A DNA stretch of 63,637 nt from Macrostomum lignano. Lineage: Eukaryota. The notes beneath the pieces are model-generated. The model did not search any database and had not been told where the DNA came from. It saw nothing but the letters and a program-made list of their open reading frames with translations. This document shows, one piece after another, positions 11,591 to 22,881 of this stretch. Each line of letters begins with the position of its first letter. The stretch's first letter is position 1. The translations under genes were made by a program, and so were the position numbers. Location of the stretch: assembly GCA_002269645.1 (NCBI GenBank), contig NIVC01004034.1, positions 1 through 63,637 of the forward strand, given 5' to 3'.

Positions 11591-14500
11591 CCTCCCCTCT
11601 TCAGTTCATGCCTGTGGCTTAAGCAGGGTTTCCCAATTCATTATACGTGAGCCTCTGGGGTGGAACACCGCGAGTAGGTCTGGTACTCCTGGTCGGACCA
11701 ATCGGCTCATCCGCGGGCAATAGAATTGTATCTTGATGAGTTTTTGGCAGATCTGGTCTTGAGAAATCCGTTGTTGTCAACGGGCACAGCTCCTTAAGAA
11801 ACCGTCGGTTTCGGCGCAGAATTCTGCCGTTTGATAGTTTAATCCTATGGTCGCGAAATTTTTCTACCTCCACTACCCTTCCCTGGAGGTCCCACTTCTT
11901 GGTAACCGGTTTTTGGACAGTGACTGTTGATCCGCGTCCGATACCAGGCAGAGGTCTTGTGCTGCGGTTGTAGCTCCACATCACCTCATTCTGTTTATCG
12001 GCGGCTTTGGCCTCCATCTCAGTCGCAGCTTTGTGCCATTCCGGTGCGAAGCTTTTTCTATGAGCTGGTAGAGAATCTCTAGCAGGATGTTCAAACAGGA
12101 TGATAGATGAAACTCTACCGTCGTACTAGTCGTACCGTCGTACGCTTGCTAGTTGGTCTTTGTCAATGTCGCTCAGTTTTTCGTTCCACGATCCCCTGAT
12201 TATTTTCTTTGCGGTCTTGACGGCCGCCTCTGCTTTGCCGTTGCTTTGATGATAGTACGGCGACGAGTAGCAAACTTCCACACCCCATCTGGTCATGAAT
12301 TTTGTAAATGCGGTGGCTGTAAACTGAGGACCGGAATCGCACCAAAATTTCTGTGGGATCACCGTCTGACAAAACAGTTCTCTGAAGGCGTTGATGAGCT
12401 TATGGGTTGGTGCATGCTGGCCGAAATTCCATACGTTTAACCAGCCTGATAGTCCATCTACTATCACCAGAAACTTTCTAGTGTCGTACTCTCAGAAGTC
12501 TGCGTGAACTTCCTCAAAGCATCTAGCTGGCCGGGGTCGCTCGACCATCGGCTCCCGGGCCTGCGACGGTAAGGATTCTCGGCAGGATTTGCAATTGTTT
12601 ACTGCGTCGTCGATCTCTTTTTCCATGTTTGGCCAGAAGAGGAATTGCTTTGCTCTCAGTTTTGTCTTGTAGATCCCTGGTGGCTTGAATGAAGCATCGC
12701 ACCATTTCTCGGCGCAAGGCTTTTGGGATCACGCACCGACATCCGTATAATATGAGTCCATTTTCGGTTGTTAACTTTTCTCGGGCCTGCCAATATTGCC
12801 TTAGGTGCTCTGGAAGGTTGGATTTACAGTTGGGAAATCCATCAGCGATTAACTTGATCAAATCTTGCAGATCAGAATCGGTCGATGTTGCTTCTCTGAC
12901 TTTATGCAGGCTTGGATCGAAGTCAGCTTCCTGAATCTGTGCTGTTAAAATGTTCATCGTTTCAAATTCGTCTCGCTCTCCAATTTGATCTTGCACAGTC
13001 GCATCTGCAATCGGTGCTCTGGAGAGAGCGTCTGCATCAGCATTATCCTTTCCACTGACTCACTTGGCTTCGTAGTTGTAGCTATCCAATTTACCCCGTA
13101 GTCTTTGTAGTCGCGGATTTTCAATCTGATCAAGCTGATAAGTGTTGAGGATTGGTACTAAAGGCTGTGGTCAATGATGACAGTGAATTTCGACAGACCT
13201 TCCAGAAACAATCTGCACTTTGCTGCAGCCCAAGCGACAGCGAGTAGTTCTAACACAATCATCGCGTATCTGGTCTCAGCGTCTGAGAGGTAGCGAGAGC
13301 CAGCTTGGACAGTTCTCCACGATCCATCCGACTGTTGTTGTTTCAGGATGAACCTTAGGCCCTTTAACCTTGACACATCGGTGTGTAGTTCAGTTGGTTT
13401 CGACTAGTCGTAATACGCCAGCGATGGTGCTTGAGATCGATACCGTCGAGCTTCTTCGAAGGCTTGTTGATGACACAGTTGCCAGATGAACATATTTTTA
13501 CAGCTCAGAAAAGGTCTCAGTATAGCTTTAAAAGTAGTGAGTGGCATGCTTTCGTCGGCCAGGGGAATCTGATGATATCCCTTAAGAGCATCCACCACTG
13601 TGAACCAATTAGAGTTAGCCATGTCTGTGTTCGCGACAACTTCAAGGGGCGTTGGAGACTGATACCGTGCCCGAATGACGAATTTATTGAGCTGACGAAA
13701 GTCAATGCAGAGTTTGATCTTGTCTTGTGCCCTTCTTCGGGGCAACTAAAATAGGCGCGCACCATAGGGTTGGCTCCGAGACAGGGCAGATGACTTTCTG
13801 CTCTTCGAGAGCGTCTAGCTCGCTCTTAAGTTTTGCTGCAGAGGCATCGCTAAACGTCGCGGAGTCCAAACCGCGAAGGGCTGAGCGTCGTCCACCAACT
13901 GAGTTTTGAATTTCTCTCCTCTCATAGGGCGTATCTGCCCGTCGAAAACTGTAGGAAACTCTCTGATGAGCTGCTCCTCAGTGGTTGGTGGTTCGCTAAT
14001 GCCGCACGTCAACGGTGCAGGCTGTGGGAAATTCATCGGAATGATCCCCAGTTGCTGGCAGGTATGCCATGACAAGACTGGATTGACTAGCTTTTTCAGT
14101 ACATGCACCTCTGATAGAACAGTGCATGCATAGCCCGCAGCAGATGTGTCTTGAACTTCCCCACCACGGGAAGGTTTTGGCCGTTCGCGGCTGGAATGAT
14201 AGTTGAGTGTTTGAGCTCATGAGCGCCAATCTTGAGCCTTCGAAAGTCGATTTCGCTGATGGCGTCGATATTCGAGCCTGTATCCGGCATCATAGAGAAT
14301 GAGGTGCCCCTGATGTCTACGTCCAGCGTTGGAGTGCTTTGTGCGATGATGGTGGAAACTCTCTTGTTCATGCGCTTTTTTTCTGCACACAGAGTCAAAT
14401 GGCCACTCTTTCCACAACTGAAGCATGTTTTGTCTCTCGCTGGGCATGATGATCTTGGGTGCATTGACTTGCCACAGAATCCGCATGTTCCGGAAGCGTT

Positions 14501-15500
14501 GATCTTTGGTCTCGCAGCGCTCTGTCGGGATGAACTTCGTTGGTGCTTCTCTTGTCTGGGTTTTTTGAAATTGACTTTTGCTAATGACTTTGTTGTAGCG
14601 TCCTTTGTTGTGTTAATGTCAGATGCACAGATTTCGTCCCTTTGCTTTGTCGATGCCTCTTCTGCTCTGCAAATTTCGAGGGCTCCAGCTAGTGTTAGCT
14701 TCGGCTCCGATAGTAGCTTTTTAATTGCTTCTGGGCTGCTCACTCCCAGCACTATCTTGTCCCGCAGCAGGTCGTTCGAATGTTTGCAGAATGCACACGT
14801 CCTCATTAAGTCTCTGAGTTTCAATACATACTCATTGAAGGGTTCTCCGTCTTTCTGGTGTCACTTCCAGAACCTGTTGCGCTCCACAATGATGTTTGCT
14901 TGTCCCAATAGGTGCTGTCTAAGCGCGGAGATGACCTTTTCGGGGTCTTTGAAGTCTGCCTCCGACAATGGTAAGTTCTTGTACTTACTGAATCTTGCAG
15001 ACGAAAAAGCGTTCAGCATGCATGTGCGTCGGCTAGCTCTTTTCTGTGCCGTCACGTCTGCTGAATCAGTTGCCAGATGCTGGACGCCCATAGCCTCCAA
15101 ATAAGCTTCTAGGGTAGCTTGCCCTGCATCAAAATCGTCTAAATTGTCGGTTACAAGATCCAATCGAGGGATTTGCAATCCAGGGTGTCCGAACTTGAAC
15201 TTTTCTGGTTCACTGCTTCCGCTTGGTGGAGGGGTGGAGAGTTTCTCTTGATGCTGTCCAACTCACTCCCGACTCCCAGAGTTCATTCCTAGAGTCACAG
15301 CTCGGTCACTACTAACTTTTGCGCTCCTAAAACCTTCCAGAGCATGCTAAGCATTTGACTCTTGCTTCATAGCACGTACTTAGGCTAAAGTGTTACAGTT
15401 TGGAAACTCGAGACTCTTAATCATAGCTTAATAGCAGAGGCTCTTTCCGCCGTCTCCGTCTCCGTCCCTGTTTCTCTTGACGCTTGAGTTTATCTTACAA
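11591..15500 (-). mobile_element. Gypsy (Mag-like) element A internal region, inactive; no recognisable 5' LTR
   Basis: Gag (LRDKIVLG), two CCHC knuckles, protease DTGS, RT CIDFRQLN and VDALKGYHQIP (YxDD region deleted), RNase H (ETRYA..LELLAVAWA), integrase (DGLSGW, CDSGPQF, SNGKAEAAVK). Many frameshifts and stops. Confidence 0.9.
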
Positions 15501-15599
15501 AAGAGCTGCATCAATTGTGCATTAAAGACACGGTTTGCCGTACACCGCCCCAACACAGATTCTCAGCTTGTCTTGCTTCTCGCCACAAAAATGCATCCA

Positions 15600-15850
15600 A
15601 AACTCTCGAGCGGCGGGCACAGAGGACCATTCGGAACCGCTCCGCACTTAAACGGCTTCATTGTGCTCGGGGAGAGTCAGAACTCCTGCTCAGAGCAAGT
15701 TGGCTCATTTGCATCTTGCTCTGGCTAAATTAGGTAGAGAAATTATTTGCGGTAATTAGATTTATCACAATGCACTCGGTGACAATGTACGCTGTAAAAT
15801 AGGGAACTTGTCCAGTTTTTGTCCAGCGCACACAGCACTCTGTGACTTGA
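15600..15850 (+). promoter_or_regulatory. Upstream block shared by the tandem helical-protein genes (copy 1)
   Basis: Homologous to 19450-19680 and partly to 17740-17770. Contains caatgtacgcTGTAAAATagggaact; the 17751 copy reads TATAAAAA. Confidence 0.55.
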
Positions 15851-16017
15851 TGTAACAGCTGCAGTGTATATCATTGTGGCATCATTTGTACCGATGTGCG
15901 CAACCGACCCATCAGCCAATTCAGCGTAAAGCTGCTCAACGCAAAGCACAGAAAGTCTTTCGACATCTCTAGCCGGAGTTACTGCTGACTGGGTAGGCAG
16001 TGAAATCCTTTTTAGTC

Positions 16018-16926
16018 ATGGCAGATGACCCACTGGACAGACTGGCAAAGGACATTCAGAGAACTGCAGACATTGTCAAGAATGTAAAGTCGCTTCGACC
16101 CAAAATTAACGAGCTGTCCGAAATCATTGAAGCCTCTGGTCGCCATGCAGCTGAGTTGGTAACAATAGACCTGCCCGGTGAGCCACTTCTGGATGATTTG
16201 AAAGAAGAGCTGAGAAAGCTGCAGGAGTTCGGATCGATTCTTAAAAGACAACTCGATACCTTCGGTCAGAAGCTCACTGTTTTGGAGGATTTCGTGCACT
16301 CAAAGTTCTCAGGAAGGAGAGAAATTCCTTTAAATAATATTCAAGAGCTCTGCCAGAAACTGATAGCAACTTACAACACTTCTAATGTTTCATTAACGAA
16401 CTTGACCAACTTCATCGGCTGCTTCAGCGATTCACAGCTGCTCGCACAGAAGCTGGAGGAGAAGCTGAAGCAGCAGTCTAAGGATATGGACAAGAAAGCC
16501 AGCCGCTCCAGGAACTGGGGAGCCGCTGGCACCATCGGCCTGGCTGCTCTCGGAGCTGGCGCTGTGGCTCTCGGCTTCTTCACCGGCGGAGCCACCTGGG
16601 TTGCCGCTGGCGCCATCACTGGTACCGCCTGTGGCGCTGGAGCTGGGGCGGTGGCCAAATATACGTCGCGCAGCGTGAAAGAGATGCGAAGCATGGCAGC
16701 TGACATCAAAGAGAAGTCCAACAAGTTGCACGTGATCGCTAAGGAGCTGGAAGATGATGTCGGCAAGGCAATCCGCATGAATGGGGAAGCCACTCTGGAC
16801 CTGCAATGTGTGCTTGAGTTCTTTAGTAAGGACGAACTCATTGCCCAGCAACAAAAGGAGCTTGCCGCCAAGGATGAAATGATTGCGCGGCTGAATGAGC
16901 AGTTAAAGCAGCACGGCAAAATTTGA
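16018..16926 (+). CDS. Helical coiled-coil protein with Gly/Ala-rich hydrophobic hairpin (APOL-like / alpha-pore-former-like), paralogue P1
   Basis: Intronless ORF with ATG at 16018 just after ttttag; heptad-rich flanks; ~45-aa uncharged segment GAAGTIGLAALGAGAVALGFFTGGATWVAAGAITGTACGAGAGAVA; no signal peptide. Confidence 0.8.
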   Translation: MADDPLDRLAKDIQRTADIVKNVKSLRPKINELSEIIEASGRHAAELVTIDLPGEPLLDDLKEELRKLQEFGSILKRQLDTFGQKLTVLEDFVHSKFSGRREIPLNNIQELCQKLIATYNTSNVSLTNLTNFIGCFSDSQLLAQKLEEKLKQQSKDMDKKASRSRNWGAAGTIGLAALGAGAVALGFFTGGATWVAAGAITGTACGAGAGAVAKYTSRSVKEMRSMAADIKEKSNKLHVIAKELEDDVGKAIRMNGEATLDLQCVLEFFSKDELIAQQQKELAAKDEMIARLNEQLKQHGKI

Positions 16927-18029
16927 TTTGTTACTGAAGTGCAGGAGTGCACAACTGAAAGTTCTCTCGGACACGCCTCACGCAACTCATAACAGGTTTT
17001 TCTCCACTCCCGAACTTAATAGAAACCGTGTACGTGTAGTTACGGCAGTTGATAAACTTCTTTTAAAAGTTTTACTCTTTTCGATCTTACTCTTTCAGTG
17101 TTAGACACACATTCTGTCTATATTGTCTATATACTTAAAGTAGAAAGTAATAACTTGTCACAAAATCTTTCTTCAGCTCTAATCGTCATTCCACAATGTC
17201 CCATCAAAATCGTTAAATATCGAAGGCAAATTTCTTCTCCTAGACTGCATCGCGAGCAGTGAAGACTTGACATGAAGGTTTTTTACCGAAAGGCTGTGGG
17301 GGTGCAGACTTATCTGTCCTATTTGTTTGCTTTCACGTTTTTACAATTAAACAGTTTTAAACAGCAAATTACTCTTTGTTTTATCTTTTGTGAAATATTT
17401 GTCGTACAGAATTTTTTTAAGAATTACGAGAGAGACAGGCAGTTCCACACAGTTCTTAAGCACTCAGTGCTGCTTTGTCTGCGTGAAAAAGGCATGCACT
17501 GCTTTTGGATGGTTTAACTTCGCATGTAAGTAGCTTATGACTCAAATATTGACGCCTATTATGACGCATTTCTGTACAAAATCCTTGAATCGCGCAGCCG
17601 ACCCGCTCTTAACCGAACTCTTCATTGAACTGAGGGTGCGTCAGAACCTTTTGAGAAAAGTTATTTTTCATTTTATTCTATTCATAGCAATTATTCATTC
17701 GCAGGCACTGGGTGCGGTTAATGAAACCCTAAGGAAACGCCAATGTACGCTATAAAAAGGGAACTGTTGGTTACTTGGGGCAGTCGGCTCGGATTTAACA
17801 GAAAAGCAACACTGCCTTTCACTCGTGCGCTCTCGGACTTTAAAGTGTACTGGGTGTACTCTGAAACACAAGTTACTCAAAATAGAAAGGGAACTTCCGT
17901 TTCTTTCAATCTACACGGCTTATGCACTATTTAAGACCCCCAAAAGACTTCTCTGCATATTTTTAAGGCAAGAATAAATAGTGAAACTTTGCTGTTTAAC
18001 CTCTAATCGGATCGGAGAGGCTGGTCGTG

Positions 18030-18776
18030 ATGGACGAGGTGCTGATAAACATTGGTCAAGCAGCCAAGACCATGAAGCTGCTTCAAAGGAACAGTTCCGA
18101 GCTGTGCAACATTATTGAAAGCACGAAGGACAATGCCAGCAAAGTTGAAGCAATCAACCTGCCACAGGAGTCGCTGCTGGAGAGGCTGAAGCAGGAATTG
18201 CATAGGGTTCGGGAGTCCGGGGCAAAGCTTGAGGTCGGGCTCAAGGCATTTCTTGAGAAAATCAAGGATTTCGAGGACTTGCTTCGTGCAGCAAGAAACA
18301 TTCCTGTTAGAGAGTTTAGCGAAAAACTGGACAAGACCCACAACATGACTGAAAGCATCTACGACGCTTTCGACAGCTTCGTGGGCCACCTCAGTACGTC
18401 GCAGCAGCTCGCGGTGCAGCTGGAGGAGAAGCTGAAGCAGCAGTCTGAGGAGAAGGACAGGGCAGCCAGCCGCTCCAGGAACTGGGGAGCCGCTGGCACC
18501 GTCGGCCTGGCTGTTCTTGAAGACTTCTTTACCGGCGGAGCCACCTGGGTTGCTGCTGGCGCTTTCGCTGGTTCCGCATATGGTTCCGAACTGGAGCAGT
18601 GCATGGCCACCCACACGGTGCTCAGCGTGAAAAAGACGCAAAGCATGGCCGCTGACATCGAAGAGAAGTCTAGCAAGTTGCACGTGATTGCTAAGGAGCT
18701 GGAATCATGTGTTTACAAGGCGCGTGAATGTGAAAGGGAAGTGTGCTTGAGTTCCTTAGTAAGGACTGAGAACTAA
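18030..18776 (+). CDS. Paralogue P2 with a disrupted hydrophobic hairpin and frameshifted C-terminus (functional variant or pseudogene)
   Basis: Colinear with P1/P3; ancestral ATG position reads gga and a new ATG lies at 18030; hairpin reads LAVLEDFFTGG...GSELEQCMA; C-terminal DNA matches P1 in a different frame. Confidence 0.6.
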   Translation: MDEVLINIGQAAKTMKLLQRNSSELCNIIESTKDNASKVEAINLPQESLLERLKQELHRVRESGAKLEVGLKAFLEKIKDFEDLLRAARNIPVREFSEKLDKTHNMTESIYDAFDSFVGHLSTSQQLAVQLEEKLKQQSEEKDRAASRSRNWGAAGTVGLAVLEDFFTGGATWVAAGAFAGSAYGSELEQCMATHTVLSVKKTQSMAADIEEKSSKLHVIAKELESCVYKARECEREVCLSSLVRTEN

Positions 18777-19449
18777 GGAGTTCCTTAGTTCCTTAGGGAG
18801 CACTGGTCAGCAACAAGAGATAGCACAACAAAATGAATGAATTGTGTGGCGGAGAAGTTAAAGCATTAAGAAAAAAAATTAAAAATCTTTTAAATTTTAA
18901 ATTTTTTTTCGAGCTATTTCAGTGTTAGACACGCATGCTATCTATATTGCTTGCAGTACAAAATTATCACTTTTGTTACACAACTTTTGCCTCCGATATG
19001 TAATAAGCATCATTTTGTAATGTCCCCACAAAACCCTTAATAATCGAAGGCAAATTTCTGCTCCTAGATTGCATCGCGAGCATTGCAGACATAAAATGAA
19101 GTTTTTCATCAAAACTTATAAGTAGTGTTAGTTTCTCGCTGAGCTGCGAATTTCCTGGAGTCGCATTCAGGGATAGACATTGATAGTTTCTAATGTACCG
19201 CCAGCGTATGCCCAGTTTAATAATTTCGCATAGGAGTTAGAGAGGCCGAGGACAACTGGATTTTCCTGGCTTGGATTTGCATTTTCCAGGACTTTTTATT
19301 TTCTTAATGCATAAAAAATTTTTTATATTTTATTTTAGATGCATTTTCCTGGCTGGAGTTTGTGTATCTTTGTAGCTCTTGTGAAAAAAAAGCTTCATCA
19401 ACTGTGCTTTAAAAACACAGTTTGCCATGCGCCAATTCTACTCAGATTC

Positions 19450-19680
19450 AGAACTCTCGAACGGCGGGCACAGTGAGCCATTTCGAGCCGCTCCGAACAT
19501 ACGAGCTAAAACGGCGCGCTTCATTGCATTGAGAGAGAGTCAGAACTCAGAGTCAGAGCAAGTTGGCTCATTTGAATGCGCCATTATTAAGTTCATGGAA
19601 ATGCTCTCCGTAACAATGTACGCCATAAGAAAGGGAACTTCAGTTTTTGTCCAGCGTACACAGCACTCTGTGACCCTGTG
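19450..19680 (+). promoter_or_regulatory. Upstream block shared by the tandem genes (copy before P3)
   Basis: Aligns with 15600-15850 (actctcgaacggcgggcacag, gagtcagaactc, gagcaagttggctcatttg, gggaacttcagtttttgtccagcg). Confidence 0.55.
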
Positions 19681-19993
19681 TGGCAGCTGCAAGGCAAAGT
19701 GAGCCCTGCCGAAAAAGCAGTTGTTACAGACCCTAAACAAAGGCTCTGAGTTGAGTCAAAACAAGTTTTGCTATGCAGTCATTGGTTGGCTGGTGCAGGC
19801 ATTGTGCAGAGTGCGACAGTCGCTTTTTTATTTGCGCGACATCGCCGTCCCCAAGTGTACTCGTAGTTCAGCAGTATTTAAGACTCTGAGATACATATAC
19901 ATGATTTTAAAAGAAAGAAATTAATGTTATAAGAAGGCTAAACAAGTAAAATCAAAAGTGAAAGTGAAAGTTTCCTGTTTAACTAATTGAATC

Positions 19994-20920
19994 ATGTCAG
20001 AGAACCTGAGCGATATCGGCAAGGTGCTGGCTGGCCTTGGTGACGCAGTCAAGACCATGAAGCTGCTTCAAAAAAAAAATTCCGAGCTGGAAATTATTGC
20101 TGAAAGCACGAGGGACAATGCCAGACAAGTTGAAAAAATCAACCTTCCACATGAGCCGCTGATGGAGAAGCTGAAGCAGGAGTTGCAGATGGTTCTTGAC
20201 TCAGGGGAAAAGCTTGAGGTTTGGCTTAAGAAATTCCCTGAGAAAATCAAGGATTTTGAGGACTGTCTTCGTTCGAAAATCTTGGGTCGGTTCAACATTC
20301 CACCTGCGAATATTAAAGAGTTTAGCGACGAACTGGACAAGGCCCATAGAATGGCCAAAGACTTCTTCGGTGCTTTCGACAGCTTCGTGGGCCACCTCAG
20401 TAAGTCGCAGCAGCTCGCGGTGCGGCTGGCGGAGAAGCTGAAGCAGCAGTCTGAGGAGACGGACAGGGCAGCCAGCCGCTCCAGGAACTGGGGAGCCGCT
20501 GGAACAGTCGGCCTGGCGGCTCTTGGAGCTGGCGCTTTGGCTTTCGGCTTCTTCACCGGGGGAGCCACCTGGGCTGCTGCTGGCGCCATCACTGCTGGTG
20601 CCGTCTGTAGCGCTGGAGCTGGGGCGTTGGCCGCCCATACGGTGCTCAATGTGAAAGAGATGCGACAGCTGGCCGCTGACATCAAGATAAACTCAAGCAA
20701 GCTGCACACCATCGCCTCTGATCTGAAGAGCAGCGTCGACATAGCCGGAGCCATCCAGCTGAACGGGGAGACCGAGGAGGCCCTGAAAACGGCGCTGGAG
20801 TTCTTTAAGCGGGACATGGAGAAGGATGGCCGGATCGCTGAGCTGCAGATGGAGAGCAGTGCCAAGGATGCCCGGATCGCTGAGCTGGAGGAGAAGGTGA
20901 GGCGGCAAGGCCTGCACTAG
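19994..20920 (+). CDS. Helical coiled-coil protein with hydrophobic hairpin, paralogue P3
   Basis: 308-aa intact ORF sharing SRSRNWGAAGT and FFTGGATW with P1 and P2. Confidence 0.8.
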   Translation: MSENLSDIGKVLAGLGDAVKTMKLLQKKNSELEIIAESTRDNARQVEKINLPHEPLMEKLKQELQMVLDSGEKLEVWLKKFPEKIKDFEDCLRSKILGRFNIPPANIKEFSDELDKAHRMAKDFFGAFDSFVGHLSKSQQLAVRLAEKLKQQSEETDRAASRSRNWGAAGTVGLAALGAGALAFGFFTGGATWAAAGAITAGAVCSAGAGALAAHTVLNVKEMRQLAADIKINSSKLHTIASDLKSSVDIAGAIQLNGETEEALKTALEFFKRDMEKDGRIAELQMESSAKDARIAELEEKVRRQGLH

Positions 20921-21196
20921 GAAGAACTTCGCCAATCTGCACAGGAAGATCGCGATTTTGTTACTAGAAGTTCTAAAAAATTACTTTTTTAGTATTCGTA
21001 GCTCTTTAATAAGTTTTCTGAACATCCAAATACACTAAATGTCTTATCCTTGTTTGTATGTCTGTCTGTCTGTATGTATGTACTAAGCTTCATATCATAA
21101 GACACTGAACTCTACTTCCATTGCCAAAAAAAATTGTACATGATTTCGTCTATGTACGCTCGTACCTAAGAACCCAAAACTGGAAATAGGCTCAAA

Positions 21197-22583
21197 GGGG
21201 ATGTCAACTTAAGCACCAGAATGGAGCCCGAAGTTCAGCTCCGGACCAAACCGACTGCAATCGATAACTTGTCGGCCCAGACGACTAGAATCGCCGAGAC
21301 ATCCCATCCGGCTCCCTTCCTTGGGCTGACTGAAACTCCTCTCGCTGGCCGCTAGGCTGTTGCTCAGTAGGCTTTCGCTGCTGTGGTAAAGCATTTTCTC
21401 TGGCATAAAGTCTGGCAACAAGACTGCGTGGAAGAGCGGAATCAACAAAGCGAAGGCTAGCACCAGACCTTCGATAGCTATCTTGGTGGTAAGCGTAGCA
21501 GCCCAGGAGTTTGAGCACTGCCATTGCATGACAATCGCAGCCTGCAGTCCTACTTCCAGCTTTTGCTGATGAGTAGTAGCCATGAAGAAGTTGCAATCCT
21601 GGATCTCTAAAACCAAAGCGATTGTCCGCTGCTGTCGCACACTCTAAGAATCACGCGGTAGGATTTCGAATTATGGCGCGAGAAAACGACAGCTAGAAAA
21701 ATCCAAGACGGATGCCACCGACCGAGTAGGTTGCTCCAGTTTTCTAGCGGCGTCTCTTGCCGAAACTTCCAATACTCCCGGCGGCTCGGATGTGTAACTC
21801 AAAGTCTCTCCAGGAGTCACCTTCGTAGCTACCGAGAACCTCCTTGACACGAATGTTTTGAATGTAATCAGCGGCTTGATCTAGTTGATACGGACCCACC
21901 GAAACCTCTGTCAAATTCTCTGTGTGAATTCGGAGAACCCCGAGCTTTTTGGATCCAGCGGGTTGACAGCAATCCATGCCCTTGTGTTAGCAGGGGGGCA
22001 CGCTTCAGATCACAGTTAAAGCGTAGCTGCTCAATTTCGTCCAGTTCGTTGGACAAGAGCACTCGGCGCATGAAATTCTGACCGAATTCGAACAACGATA
22101 GCCCTGTCCATGACGGTGGCAGCTGTTTAAATGATTCAAAACCTGGATGCGCCCGGTTATACTTTGCCATCGAGGTCTCGATAACAACGTCTAATCGGGT
22201 GGGCTCACTGAAGCCGGCTGACGGCAGCCACTGATACGGTTTGTGCCTCTCGTTAACACATTAGTCCTGCTTAATGGCAGCAAAGCAGCACATAGCGGAA
22301 CATAGTGGCACAGCGGATGTCTCTGCGATTCTAGTCGTCTGGGCCGACAAGTTATCGATTGCAGTCGGTTTGGTCCGGAGCTGAACTTCGGGCTCCATTC
22401 CAGAGCCTTAAATTGACATGAGATCCCCATTTTATCCCCTTTATCCCCTGGGACCCCAAGGAAGGGAGCCGGATGGGATGTCTCGGCGATTCTAGTCGTC
22501 TGGGCCGACAAGTTATCGATTGCAGTCGGTTTGGTCCGGAGCTGAACTTCGGGCTCCATTCTGGTGCTTAAGTTGACATCCCC
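21197..22583 (-). mobile_element. Non-autonomous TIR DNA transposon (129-bp TIRs) inserted at AAA|TTT with no TSD; Spy/PHIS-like
   Basis: 21197-21325 is the reverse complement of 22455-22583 (GGGGATGTCAACTTAAG...); flanks are ctcAAA and TTTacg. Internal relic peptides VGPYQLDQAADYI, SRHNSKSYRV and SWIM-like GYYSSAKAGSRTAGCDCHAMAVL. Confidence 0.8.
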
Positions 22584-22842
22584 TTTACGCTTGGAATTCT
22601 GCTTCGAGTTCTAATAAATTCTTTTCAATCGCCTCCAAACTCTCTACCAGTGCTTTGTCCCCCTGCCAATTTGACTTGTAATTCAATAAAAACAATTTCG
22701 TCCGTATAATTTATTGGAATACATGTGCATGCTAAAAGCTGTCTTCCACTATACTATGACTGCCTATTAGACAAAATACTCGTAAACCCGAAAAATCCTC
22801 AACTTTGAGTTCTTTTTCTGGTTTTCATTTCCTTTCCTGACC

Positions 22843-22881
<39 letters not shown>

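Noticed and set aside
15200-15600. 5' LTR of Gypsy element A
   Set aside because: No match to the 11425-11590 LTR; only a weak PBS-like tgatgcagc near 15495-15503.
16012-20865. Antisense ORFs over P1-P3, and similar shadows over the lectin, ZIP, SCAF-like and CEP72 genes
   Set aside because: These are expected shadows of GC3-rich coding strands and show no independent motifs.
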